DNA of 64,000 nt, taken from an uncultured Rickettsiales bacterium (GTDB lineage: Bacteria; Myxococcota_A; UBA796; UBA9615). The number at the start of each line of letters is the position of its first letter. Within the stretch, counting starts at the first letter, position 1. Below, in pieces: positions 1-8,844 of this stretch. Under the pieces are notes generated by a model. The model was given only the letters and a program-made list of their open reading frames with translations, was not told where the DNA came from and did no database searches. The stretch is from assembly GCA_964344575.1 (NCBI GenBank), contig CAYFOA010000011.1:4193-68192 (forward strand), given 5' to 3'. The position numbers and the translations under genes are program-made.

Positions 1-504
1 GATCCCCTTGTCGCCGGTCTGCACGCCGACGACGCGGTCGCCGTCCCAGAGCACGTCGACGGCGGGGAAGCCGCAGAAGATGTCGATGCCCAGCTTCTCC
101 GCCTCGCCCGCCATCCACCGCGCCAGCCGCGAGGCCGACATGATGAGGTTCCCCTTGTTGTGCATCGGGGGGGGGACGAGGGGGAGGTCGAGGGAGCGCT
201 TGCTCCCCAGGAGGGCGACGACGTCCTCCTTCTCGACGACGGGGCCGGTGGGCGCGTCGTCGCGCCAGCCGGTGCCGCCGAACAGCTCGTCCAGCGCCTT
301 GGGCTTCATCACCGCGCCGGACAGCACGTGCGCGCCGACCTCGGAGCCCTTCTCGATGACCGCGATGGAGGGGGCCTCGTCGAACGCGTCGGGGTTGTCG
401 CGGACGAGCTGCCCCAGCCGGATCGCCCCGGCAAGGCTGGCCGCCCCCGCGCCGACGAAGAGGACGTCGACGTCGAGGACTTCGCGCTGGACGTCGTCCG
501 TCAT
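1..504 (-). CDS. Electron-transfer-flavoprotein:ubiquinone oxidoreductase (ETF-QO/FixC-like), N-terminal 168 aa; 3' end lies outside the window
   Basis: Reverse-strand translation MTDDVQREVLDVDVLFVGAGAASLAGAIRLGQL...SGAVMKPKALDELF...MHNKGNLIMSASRLARWMAGEAEKLGIDIF. It has the FAD-binding GxGxxG motif and an MHNxGN motif like that of ETF-QO. The ATG lies at 502-504 and forms an ATGA overlap with the upstream gene's stop codon. Confidence 0.8.
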   Translation of the reverse strand, partial: MTDDVQREVLDVDVLFVGAGAASLAGAIRLGQLVRDNPDAFDEAPSIAVIEKGSEVGAHVLSGAVMKPKALDELFGGTGWRDDAPTGPVVEKEDVVALLGSKRSLDLPLVPPPMHNKGNLIMSASRLARWMAGEAEKLGIDIFCGFPAVDVLWDGDRVVGVQTGDKGI

Positions 505-1217
505 CGCTGGATGCTGATGACGCCGGTGCGGCTCGCGGTGCCGACGAACTCGCCGTCGACCGCCGCCCCCCAGTAGCCGTTGGAGGTGACCTCGAAGGAC
601 TCGGCGGGGAGGATGTCCGCGGGGACGAGGAAGAAGGTCTGGCCGTTCTCCTCGATCAGCTCGCCGTCCATCTTCTCGACGGTCAGGTGGCCCTTGAGCG
701 TCTTCCGGGTCACGCACTCGCGGCGCTGCTCCTCGGTGAGCACGGGGAGCTTCTTCCAGTCGTCGCCGAGGGCCTCCCAGCCCTCCTCCGGCTCGACCAG
801 CTCGATGCCGTCGCAGATGTGGTCGGGGACCTTCTTGACCTCGACGTCCGACCCGTCGGTCCCCTTCATGGTGACCTTGCCCTCGTCGTCCGCCTCGCCC
901 TCGCCCTCGTCGCCGCCTTCCTCGTCCTCGTCCGCCTCGGCCTCGAACAGGTACGCCTTCCAGCTGCCGTCGCCCGCCATGGCGATGCCGTAGAGGAGCT
1001 CCTTGCCCTTCGGCTCGGTGATGAGGAGCCAGCACTCCCAGCCGGCGACGCAGGACTCGAGCTCGCCCTCGATGTCCACGCGGAGGGGCTGCCCCGCCTC
1101 CAGGGAGACCTTGTGCTTGATGACGTGCCTGGCCGGCTTCTTCGCCTGGGCGAGGCCGGGAACGGCCAGCGTCGCCGCGATCGCGAGCATCAGGAGGGGG
1201 CGGAAAAGACGACTCAT
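501..1217 (-). CDS. Secreted hypothetical protein (238 aa) with signal peptide and acidic Glu/Asp-rich segment
   Basis: The C-terminal 238 codons of the long spurious ORF 501..2900 have protein-like composition. The segment begins MSRLFRPLLMLAIAATLAVPGLAQA (signal peptide). The ATG is at 1215-1217. Confidence 0.7.
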   Translation of the reverse strand: MSRLFRPLLMLAIAATLAVPGLAQAKKPARHVIKHKVSLEAGQPLRVDIEGELESCVAGWECWLLITEPKGKELLYGIAMAGDGSWKAYLFEAEADEDEEGGDEGEGEADDEGKVTMKGTDGSDVEVKKVPDHICDGIELVEPEEGWEALGDDWKKLPVLTEEQRRECVTRKTLKGHLTVEKMDGELIEENGQTFFLVPADILPAESFEVTSNGYWGAAVDGEFVGTASRTGVISIQR

Positions 1218-1301
1218 GGGCTCTCCAGGGGCCGAAGACGGCGCACCGTACTCCAACGGTGTCGGCGGGACAAGCGGTGTTGACCGCCGCATGATGGAGG
1301 C

Positions 1302-1898
1302 GTGAGCGACGTCGAAGATCCCTTCGAGTACGACCCGCGGAACTTCGTCTTCCCGAAGCAGCGCGAGCGCCCCTTCCGAGCCGGAGTGCTCCTCGGCTGC
1401 GGGTTCGCGCTGTTCCTGTTCTTCGAGGTCCTCGCGATCGTCTTCTTCGGCCCCTGGGTGGGGCCGGTCAAGGCGACGCTCATCGGCGTCCTCTGGTTCC
1501 TCGTCCTCATCCTCGGGTGGACCGTGGTGATCGGCGGGCGGCAGGCGTGGATGGGGTCCCACTCGCCGGTGGAGTGGGTCTACCGGTCGTTCCTGCGGCG
1601 GGAGGCGCCGGTCCCCGTGCTCGACGAGGCGCCCGCGCAGCTCCTCCGGAAGCGGGGCCGCCCCGACGAGGCGCTGGCGCTGTACCGGGGCTGGTGCGAG
1701 GAGCACCCGGACATGGCGATCCTGCTGTTCCGGCGGGCGGAGATCCTCCGCGTCGATCTGAAGGACCGGATGGGGGCGGCCAGGCTGTACCGGCAGTTCG
1801 CCTCGCGCGTGCGCGCGCGTGACTATCGGCCCACCGACGAGGAGCGGGACGCGGCGGCGATCGCGGAGGGGCTGGCGGAGGAGCTGAAGAAGGGCTAG
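1302..1898 (+). CDS. Hypothetical membrane protein (2-3 TM helices) with C-terminal TPR-like helical region
   Basis: ORF begins at an ATG. It has hydrophobic segments (GVLLGCGFALFLFFEVLAIVFFGPWV; LIGVLWFLVLILGWTVVIGG). Composition is protein-like. It is divergent from the 501..1217 gene. Confidence 0.6.
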   Translation: MSDVEDPFEYDPRNFVFPKQRERPFRAGVLLGCGFALFLFFEVLAIVFFGPWVGPVKATLIGVLWFLVLILGWTVVIGGRQAWMGSHSPVEWVYRSFLRREAPVPVLDEAPAQLLRKRGRPDEALALYRGWCEEHPDMAILLFRRAEILRVDLKDRMGAARLYRQFASRVRARDYRPTDEERDAAAIAEGLAEELKKG

Positions 1899-1910
1899 AT
1901 AGGCGCCGCC

Positions 1911-3584
1911 ATGGCCAACGAGTTCGTCTACACGATGCAGGGCCTGTCGAAGACCACGAGTCGCGGCAAGGCCATCCTCAAGGACATCTGGCTGTCGTTC
2001 CTGCCGGGGGCGAAGATCGGCGTGCTGGGCCTGAACGGGTCGGGCAAGTCGACGCTGCTGCGGATCATGGCCGGCGTCGACACCGAGTACGAGGGGACGG
2101 CGTACCCGCTCGAGGGGATCAAGATCGGCTACCTGCCGCAGGAGCCGGAGCTCGACGAGTCCAAGACGGTGAAGGAGAACGTCGAGGAGGGGGTCGCGGA
2201 CTTCCGCGCGATCGTGGAGGAGTTCGAGGCGGTCTCGATGAAGTTCGGCGAGGTGACGTCGGACGAGGAGATGAACGCGCTGTTCGAGGAGCAGGCGCGG
2301 CTGCAGGACGTCATCGACGCGAAGGACCTCTGGGACCTGGACCGGCACGTGGGCATCGCGATGGACGCGCTGAACGTCCCCGTGGACGCGGAGACGGCGA
2401 CGCTGTCGGGCGGCGAGCGGCGGCGCGTGGCGCTGGCCCGGCTGCTGCTGGCGCGGCCGGACATGCTGCTGCTGGACGAGCCGACGAACCACCTCGACGC
2501 GGACTCGGTGGCGTGGCTGGAGCAGTACCTCGCGGAGTACCCGGGGACGGTCGTGGCGGTGACCCACGATCGGTACTTCCTGGACAACGTGGCGGGCTGG
2601 ATCCTGGAGCTCGACCGGGGCGAGGGCATCCCCTACGAGGGGAACTACACGGGCTGGCTGGAGCAGAAGGAGAAGCGGCTGGCACAGCAGCAGAAGGAGT
2701 CGAGCAACCGGCAGAAGATCCTCGCGCGCGAGCTGGAGTGGGTGCGGTCGTCGCAGAAGGCGCGGCAGTCCAAGGGCAAGGCGCGGATGAACCGGTACGA
2801 GTCGCTGCTGACGAACGACGGCGCGGAGAAAATCCAGTCGGGGACGATCTTCATCCCCCCGGGGCCGCGCCTGGGCGACGTGGTGATCGAGGCGGAGCAC
2901 GTCTCCAAGGGGTTCGGGGACCGGACGCTGATCGACGACCTCAGCTTCGTGCTCCCGCGCGGCGCGATCCTCGGGGTGATCGGGCCGAACGGCGCGGGGA
3001 AGACGACGCTGATGCGGATGCTCAACGGCACCGAGACGGCGGACAGCGGCGACCTCGCGCTGGGGCAGACGGTGCAGATGGCGTACGTCGACCAGTCACG
3101 CGGCGGGCTGGACCCGAACAAGACGGCGTACGAGGAGATCTCGGGCGGCTACGACCGGCTCCAGCTCGGCCAGAAGGAGGTCTCGACGCGGGCCTACTGC
3201 ACCTGGTTCAACCTCCGCGGGGACATGCAGCAGCAGCTGACGGGGCAGATGTCGGGCGGGGAGCGGAACCGCGTCCACATGGCGAAGCTGGTCAAGTCCG
3301 GGGGCAACCTCATCGTGCTCGACGAGCCGACGAACGACCTCGACGTGGACACGCTCCGGTCGCTCGAGGACGCGATCACGGAGTTCGCCGGCAGCGCGAT
3401 CGTCATCAGCCACGACCGGTGGTTCCTGAACCGCGTCGCGACGCACATCCTCGCGTTCGAGGGGGACGGGCACGTGGAGTTCGTGGAGGGGAACTACGAC
3501 GACTACGTCGAGGACCGGCGGAGGCGGCTGGGGGAGGACGCGGACAAGCCGGGGAGGAGCAAGTTCCGCCGCCTGGCGCACTAG
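1911..3584 (+). CDS. ettA: Energy-dependent translational throttle protein EttA (ABC-F family ATPase)
   Basis: Two ABC cassettes are present. Walker A motifs are GLNGSGKST and GPNGAGKTT. Signature motifs are LSGGERRR and MSGGERNR. The N-terminus MANEFVYTMQGLSKTT is typical of EttA/YjjK. Confidence 0.95.
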   Translation: MANEFVYTMQGLSKTTSRGKAILKDIWLSFLPGAKIGVLGLNGSGKSTLLRIMAGVDTEYEGTAYPLEGIKIGYLPQEPELDESKTVKENVEEGVADFRAIVEEFEAVSMKFGEVTSDEEMNALFEEQARLQDVIDAKDLWDLDRHVGIAMDALNVPVDAETATLSGGERRRVALARLLLARPDMLLLDEPTNHLDADSVAWLEQYLAEYPGTVVAVTHDRYFLDNVAGWILELDRGEGIPYEGNYTGWLEQKEKRLAQQQKESSNRQKILARELEWVRSSQKARQSKGKARMNRYESLLTNDGAEKIQSGTIFIPPGPRLGDVVIEAEHVSKGFGDRTLIDDLSFVLPRGAILGVIGPNGAGKTTLMRMLNGTETADSGDLALGQTVQMAYVDQSRGGLDPNKTAYEEISGGYDRLQLGQKEVSTRAYCTWFNLRGDMQQQLTGQMSGGERNRVHMAKLVKSGGNLIVLDEPTNDLDVDTLRSLEDAITEFAGSAIVISHDRWFLNRVATHILAFEGDGHVEFVEGNYDDYVEDRRRRLGEDADKPGRSKFRRLAH

Positions 3585-3680
3585 GTGCCGCGCAGGCCGT
3601 CGTCACCAGCGAGATGACGACGAGCAGGCCAGCCCGCGGCGCGAGCGAGCTCGCCGGGGATGAGGAGGCGGGGGACGAGG

Positions 3681-3752
3681 TCAGCGGGGCTCCCCATGAT
3701 GAGCTCCTCTCTTGCTTCCATCAGAGCTCCACCGGACGTGGAGCCCCGCTGA
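3681..3752. terminator. 13-bp perfect inverted repeat (tcagcggggctcc...ggagccccgctga) with 46-nt loop between convergent ettA and lipoprotein genes; possible bidirectional terminator or structured RNA
   Basis: Seen directly. No U-tract is evident. Confidence 0.3.
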
Positions 3753-3767
3753 CTTGGGCTGAAACGG

Positions 3768-4796
3768 CTACGGCAGGCAGCCGGTGAACGTCGTCCGCGT
3801 GTCCACGAGCAGCTCGCCGGCGGCCACCCGGACGTCGCAGAACCCATGGCCCGAGGGGAGGATGTCGCTCATGCTGTCGGCGACGACGTCGTTCAGCTGT
3901 GGGAGGGCCACCTCCTCGAACATCGTCGCCACGCCGGCCGCGAGCGATGCCGCGCCCAGCCCCTCGGCGTCGAGCAGCTCGCTGATGCAGTTCGGCTGCT
4001 CCTCGTCGCTGCAGGCAGCGGACTCGAACAGCGACGAGAAGCTGGGCTCGATGTCGAAACGACTGGCGTCGATCGAGACCGACAGCGCCGACTCCAACGC
4101 GGCGCCCGCAGGCGACAGCGCCATCGCGACGTCCAGGTCGGCGTCCCTCAGGAACAGGTCGTAGCTCCCCTGCGGCAGCACGCCGTTGTTGAGGATCACC
4201 TGCTGGGCCTGCTGGAACAGGCCGCAGCTCGCGACCGAGTCCCAGGTGCCGCTCAGGAACGGGACCGACTCGTCTTGCTCGACGCGGACCCGCAGCCCCT
4301 CCCCGTGCCAGTCGGCGTCGGCGTCGCCGTACTGCAGCCCGACGATCTCGAAGTCGATCTCCGTGGTGATCACGCAGCTCGAGAAGAACCCGTCGAGCGC
4401 GGTCTCCGACTCCACCTGGATGCGGCCCCAGTCGGAGTCGGGGGCGATGTCAGTGGGGAGCCACGTCGTGACCTTCCCCTTCCAGCTCGGGTTCTCCGCC
4501 TCCACCAGCGCACTGCCCAGCAGGAGCGTGGCCGCCTCGGTGGACAGGGCGCCCAGGTCCGACTCGCAGTCGCCGGCGACGTCGTGGGGGACTTCCCCGG
4601 GCGCCACCTCGATCAGGTTGCCCATGCAGGAGGAGTAGACCTCTTCCAGGGCCGACGGCAGGCGGTCGTCGAAGGCGAACTGGGACTGTTCACTGAACGG
4701 CGCGAGGCCGCTGTCGTGGCGGTCGTAGTAGGTGTCGCAGGCGTTGAGGCCGGCGGTCAGGACGAGGGCGGTCAGGATCGTGGTCGTACGGGTCAT
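3768..4796 (-). CDS. Hypothetical lipoprotein (342 aa)
   Basis: N-terminus MTRTTTILTALVLTAGLNAC carries a lipobox. Composition is acidic and protein-like. It is co-oriented immediately downstream of the 4812..5525 gene. Confidence 0.7.
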   Translation of the reverse strand: MTRTTTILTALVLTAGLNACDTYYDRHDSGLAPFSEQSQFAFDDRLPSALEEVYSSCMGNLIEVAPGEVPHDVAGDCESDLGALSTEAATLLLGSALVEAENPSWKGKVTTWLPTDIAPDSDWGRIQVESETALDGFFSSCVITTEIDFEIVGLQYGDADADWHGEGLRVRVEQDESVPFLSGTWDSVASCGLFQQAQQVILNNGVLPQGSYDLFLRDADLDVAMALSPAGAALESALSVSIDASRFDIEPSFSSLFESAACSDEEQPNCISELLDAEGLGAASLAAGVATMFEEVALPQLNDVVADSMSDILPSGHGFCDVRVAAGELLVDTRTTFTGCLP

Positions 4797-4811
4797 GATG
4801 TCCTCCTCGAC

Positions 4812-5525
4812 CTACTGGCAGACCGGCACGAACACGGACAGGAGGCCCCCGCTCGGGTCGTAGTCGCACACGCCGCTCCAGCAGACGTCGTCGCGCAGGC
4901 AGGCCTGACCGTCGTCGAGCTTCGCCTGGCAGGTGCCCCAGACGGTCGAGCAGTACATCGCGTCGCCGCAGTCGTAGTCGCTGTCGCAGTCGTCGCCCTC
5001 CGCGGGCGCGGGCTCGACGGTCTCCTCGTCGATCTCGTCGTTCCCCGCGGCGTACGCCTCCTCGGCGGCCGCGTCGCACGCGTCGAGGCAGTCGTAGAAC
5101 TCCTCGAAGCCGGGGGCGTCGAGGAAGTCGTAGCCGGCCACGTACGCGTCCCAAAGGACCGACGCGAGGCAGGCTTCGACGGAGAAGCCGGCCAGCAGGT
5201 CGACGATGCTCGTGTTGGCCAGCCAGCCCGCGTTGACCCACTCGGCGAGGGCGCCCATCCCGATGCAGCCGAAGTAGTCGCCCGCGATGCCGAGGAACGC
5301 GATCGCCTGCTGCTTGTCGTACTCGGACTGGTCTTCGAGCGCCTGTTCGAAGCAGGCGTCGCGACAGTCCTCGCGGGCGTCTTCGATGGGGTCGTCCTCG
5401 ATGCTGTTCCAGTGGCTGTACTCGATGCCGTTGTCCGAGACCGGGTCGTAGTACGACGACGCGCTCGCGACCGAGGCGGTGAGGGTCAGGGCGGCCAGCA
5501 GGGCGAGGGTCTGGAAGTGCTTCAT
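4812..5525 (-). CDS. Hypothetical secreted protein (237 aa) with Cys-rich C-terminus
   Basis: Signal peptide MKHFQTLALLAALTLTASVASA. C-terminal segment DDCDSDYDCGDAMYCSTVWGTCQAKLDDGQACLRDDVCWSGVCDYD has a disulfide-rich pattern. Confidence 0.7.
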   Translation of the reverse strand: MKHFQTLALLAALTLTASVASASSYYDPVSDNGIEYSHWNSIEDDPIEDAREDCRDACFEQALEDQSEYDKQQAIAFLGIAGDYFGCIGMGALAEWVNAGWLANTSIVDLLAGFSVEACLASVLWDAYVAGYDFLDAPGFEEFYDCLDACDAAAEEAYAAGNDEIDEETVEPAPAEGDDCDSDYDCGDAMYCSTVWGTCQAKLDDGQACLRDDVCWSGVCDYDPSGGLLSVFVPVCQ

Positions 5526-5706
5526 GGCGGAGTCTCCAACGGCCGTTCGTTCGGCCTGTCCCCAGCGTGAGCAGCGCCCCGCTCGAGGCCCCCTGACGCG
5601 TCCTGAATCGAGGCGCGACGCCGGCCACCAGGGAGTCAGGGCGCTTCAGCGGGCTTCACGTTCGCCGCCGGGCACGGTCGAGGGAGCAACCCCCTGGAGA
5701 CCCGCC

Positions 5707-7815
5707 ATGCGCACCTTCCTCGCTTCCCTCCTCCTCCTCGCGGCCGCCCCCGCGACGGCCTCCGCCGAGACGTGGCCGTGCCTCGACGGCGGGGACGACG
5801 CCCTGGACGTCACCATCGTCCAGGCGGCCTCCCGCCGGTACGGCCGCAACGGCGACCTGCCGGAGTTCGGCGAGGTGCGAGACGCCCAGGCCTACGACAT
5901 CCACCTCGCCGCGGCGGTCGAGCCGCCCCGGGACCAGGTCCGCAACCTCGTGCTCTTCGCGGCCGGTCAGCAGGGGTGGGAGGCGCTGTCGCCGACCGGG
6001 TTGTCGAATCTCATGACCGGCCAGACGACGGGCTACAAGGCGCTCTGGTACGGCCGGGACCACGAGCGGAACGCCGGCATGCACGAGTGCAGCGTCTACG
6101 CCCGGCTCGTGCGCGCGTCGCAGGGCGGCCGCCTGGAGGGCTTCGACGTCCGCGACGACGGCGACACCTTCGTCGGGCTGGCGTTCGACACGGCGTTCTA
6201 CTTCGACGAGACCGACGAGCAGCGGGAGACCGCGATCGACGCTTGGTACACGTGGCTCACCGGCCACGCCGAGGCGGCGAACATCGACACGATCTACCTG
6301 GCCGGTGTCTCCCGCGGAGGCGCGCTCCTGCACCACCTCGGGCAGCGGTTCGCGGAGGACGGCGCGTACGACGAGGCCAAGATCGTAGTCGGCGGCGTCG
6401 ATGTCGTCTTCCAGCACGACGAAGGCGAGTTCTGCTCGGACGAGACGGAGATCGACAACCCCACCCTCGCGCACCACGAGTACCGGGCGTGGGCGTCGGC
6501 GGCCGGAGAGTGCTTCGACTTCAGCCGCGAGGGGCTCCGCGTCATGCAGCTCGTCGGCGGCCAGCAGGTCCTGCTGCTCAACGACCGCCACGCGTACGCG
6601 GTCCCCCTCGACGACCGCCGGGAGCTCCTCGGCTTCCACCAGCGCTGGGAGCCCTGGAAGCACAAGTTCTGGCAGAGCAGCCTCGACCTCGACGGCTTCG
6701 TCGAGGACATGGTCGATCCCCAGCTGAACTTCTTCGAGGCCGCCCTGTCCGAGGACGCGGACGACCGCTGGCGCATCGCGTTCGGCGCCGCCGACGGCCT
6801 CGACAACTTCACGATCGTGGCGCGCGAACAGGGCCCGGAGCGGCCCGCCGACCTGATCCTCGCCGACGCCGACGGAGACGGAGACACCGACCTGCTCCGC
6901 CTCGACGGCGCCGGCGGCATCGAGAAGTCGCGCTCGTACGCGGGCGACAGCTGGGGCGACTGGGACGCCTGGGCCGGCGCGCCCGCGGGCGCAGACGAGG
7001 CCTCCGACTTCGGCGTGGGGGACTTCGACGGCGACGGCACCGACGACCTCGTCGTGCGCATCGACGGCGCATGGTCCGTCCTGCACGGGCCCACGCGGGG
7101 CCTGTTCGCGCGGTGGCCCGCGACGACGACCGAAGACCTGACGTGGACGGCGGCGGACGGCCCCGAAGGCGGCCTGGATGAGGTCGCCATCGGAGACTTC
7201 GACGGCGACGGGCGCGACGACCTGCTCCACCTGGCGGGGTCCTCGTGGCTGCTCCACAGCGCCTCAGGCGATCGCGACGACCCGTTCGCGAGCAGCGGGG
7301 TCGAGGTCGGACAGACCACCGAGTCGGTGGCCTGGGGCGGCGAGCCGGGGTACGCGGGCTTCGTCGGCTGGGGTCGGGCCGACGTCCTCGTGGGCGACTT
7401 CGACGGCGACGGCTTCAGCGACGTCGTGCGGCCCGAGGCGGAAGCCGAGACGGAGGGCGTGGCCGACGAGGCCCCGATCGAGGGTACGGTGACCCTCACG
7501 ATCTGCGCGCTCGCGCTCGAAGACGGCGATCCCGCCGCGGCGTGCGGCGCGGTCGAAGCCGAGGACGCGTTCCGATCGCGCTACTCGGACTTCGACCTGG
7601 TCGATCGGCTCGCCGTCGGCGACACCGACGGCGACGGCGCCGACGACCTGCTGCTGCTCGACGACCAGCGGGTCTTCCGGCTGACGGCCGCCGCGGACTG
7701 GAGCCGCGAGGAGTGGCTCCCCCCCGGTCCCCACAGCTGGCGCGAGTTCATGGCGAACTACGGCATCGGCGACTTCGACCGCGACGGGACCGCCGACCTG
7801 TTCTTCGCGCGCTGA
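5707..7815 (+). CDS. Secreted alpha/beta-hydrolase-like domain (GxSxG) fused to FG-GAP/VCBS-type repeats
   Basis: The true start is an internal ATG at 5707 (MRTFLASLLLLAAAPATASA, signal peptide) within ORF 5479..7815. It has the GVSRG pentapeptide. Repeats include GDFDGDGTDDLVV, GDFDGDGRDDLLHL, GDFDGDGFSDVV, GDTDGDGADDLLLL and GDFDRDGTADLFF. Confidence 0.75.
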   Translation: MRTFLASLLLLAAAPATASAETWPCLDGGDDALDVTIVQAASRRYGRNGDLPEFGEVRDAQAYDIHLAAAVEPPRDQVRNLVLFAAGQQGWEALSPTGLSNLMTGQTTGYKALWYGRDHERNAGMHECSVYARLVRASQGGRLEGFDVRDDGDTFVGLAFDTAFYFDETDEQRETAIDAWYTWLTGHAEAANIDTIYLAGVSRGGALLHHLGQRFAEDGAYDEAKIVVGGVDVVFQHDEGEFCSDETEIDNPTLAHHEYRAWASAAGECFDFSREGLRVMQLVGGQQVLLLNDRHAYAVPLDDRRELLGFHQRWEPWKHKFWQSSLDLDGFVEDMVDPQLNFFEAALSEDADDRWRIAFGAADGLDNFTIVAREQGPERPADLILADADGDGDTDLLRLDGAGGIEKSRSYAGDSWGDWDAWAGAPAGADEASDFGVGDFDGDGTDDLVVRIDGAWSVLHGPTRGLFARWPATTTEDLTWTAADGPEGGLDEVAIGDFDGDGRDDLLHLAGSSWLLHSASGDRDDPFASSGVEVGQTTESVAWGGEPGYAGFVGWGRADVLVGDFDGDGFSDVVRPEAEAETEGVADEAPIEGTVTLTICALALEDGDPAAACGAVEAEDAFRSRYSDFDLVDRLAVGDTDGDGADDLLLLDDQRVFRLTAAADWSREEWLPPGPHSWREFMANYGIGDFDRDGTADLFFAR

Positions 7816-7901
7816 GTACAGGCTCGATTCAGCCCGATTCAGAGGGGGGCTCCGGCCCCCCTCACCACCATCTCAGAGAACCCCTGACCCCGGAGCTCGC
7901 C

Positions 7902-8822
7902 ATGATCGCCCGCATCCTCTCCCTCGCCCTCTTCCTCCCCGCGCTCGCGTTCGCCGCGACGGACACCTCCGAACCGGGTCCGCAGGAGCTGCAAGAGCCG
8001 CCGCCACCCTCGACGCCGGCCCTCTCCTCGGTCGATCCCTACGATCCCTGCGACGGCGTGACCTGCAACGGCAACGGCGACTGCCTGAGCTTCGGGCTGA
8101 CGTCGGGCTACACGTGCTTCTGCGACGACGGCTACGACGGCACGGACTGCGGTTCCTGCGCGGCCGGCTACGTCGATGACGGCGGCGCGTGCGAGATCGG
8201 CTTCGCGCTGCCGCTGGAGGAGCCCGACCTGTACGACGACCTCGTCATCGGCGTCGACCACGACTGGCCCGCGTCGCGCGAACGCGAGAAGTCCGCGAAC
8301 AACGACGGGAGCTGGTTCAGCCAGCGCTGCGAGACGTACGACGGCCGCCTCGCGCCCCACTGCTACGACGGGCACGACGGCAACGACTTCATGCTGCTGG
8401 GCGGGTTCGCGACGATGGACCAGGACATCGCCTGGGTCCGCGCCGCGGCCCCCGGGACGGTCACGACGGCCACCGATGGCTACTACGACCGCTGCCACTT
8501 CAACCTGCTGAAGCCGGGCAACGATTTCGTGGACTGCGACGGCTACACGCAGAAGAACAACGAGGTCCGGATCGAGCACGCCGACGGCACCGTCACCGTC
8601 TACGCGCACCTGGCCACGAGCAGCGTGGTCGTGGGGGTGCATGACGAGGTCGAGTGCGGCGACATCCTCGGCCTCGTCGGGAGCTCGGGCACGTCGCTCG
8701 CGCCGCACCTGCACTTCGAGGTGCTCGACGCCGACGGGCTGGTCATCGACCCGTACGCCGACGGTCGCTGGTTCGACGAGTCCGGCAGCGACAACGGCCT
8801 GCCCGGCACCGGCTGCGAGTAG
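7902..8822 (+). CDS. M23 family metallopeptidase (LytM-like) with N-terminal EGF-like Cys-rich module; secreted
   Basis: Internal ATG at 7902 gives MIARILSLALFLPALAFAA (signal peptide). Contains CDGVTCNGNGDCLSFG...CFCDDGYDGTDCGSC. M23 motifs are HDGNDF and HLHFEV. Confidence 0.8.
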   Translation: MIARILSLALFLPALAFAATDTSEPGPQELQEPPPPSTPALSSVDPYDPCDGVTCNGNGDCLSFGLTSGYTCFCDDGYDGTDCGSCAAGYVDDGGACEIGFALPLEEPDLYDDLVIGVDHDWPASREREKSANNDGSWFSQRCETYDGRLAPHCYDGHDGNDFMLLGGFATMDQDIAWVRAAAPGTVTTATDGYYDRCHFNLLKPGNDFVDCDGYTQKNNEVRIEHADGTVTVYAHLATSSVVVGVHDEVECGDILGLVGSSGTSLAPHLHFEVLDADGLVIDPYADGRWFDESGSDNGLPGTGCE

Positions 8823-8844
8823 TCCGTTGCACTACACTCCGCCG

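Noticed and set aside
501-2900. 799-aa minus-strand ORF overlapping ettA antisense
   Set aside because: Only the last 238 codons (501-1217) are protein-like. The rest is an Arg/Pro/Leu-rich high-GC antisense artefact opposite a confidently identified ABC-F gene.
6294-7499. Ser/Pro/Thr-rich 401-aa minus ORF and other ORFs overlapping 5707-7815
   Set aside because: They are antisense or alternate frames of the FG-GAP hydrolase gene with low-complexity composition.
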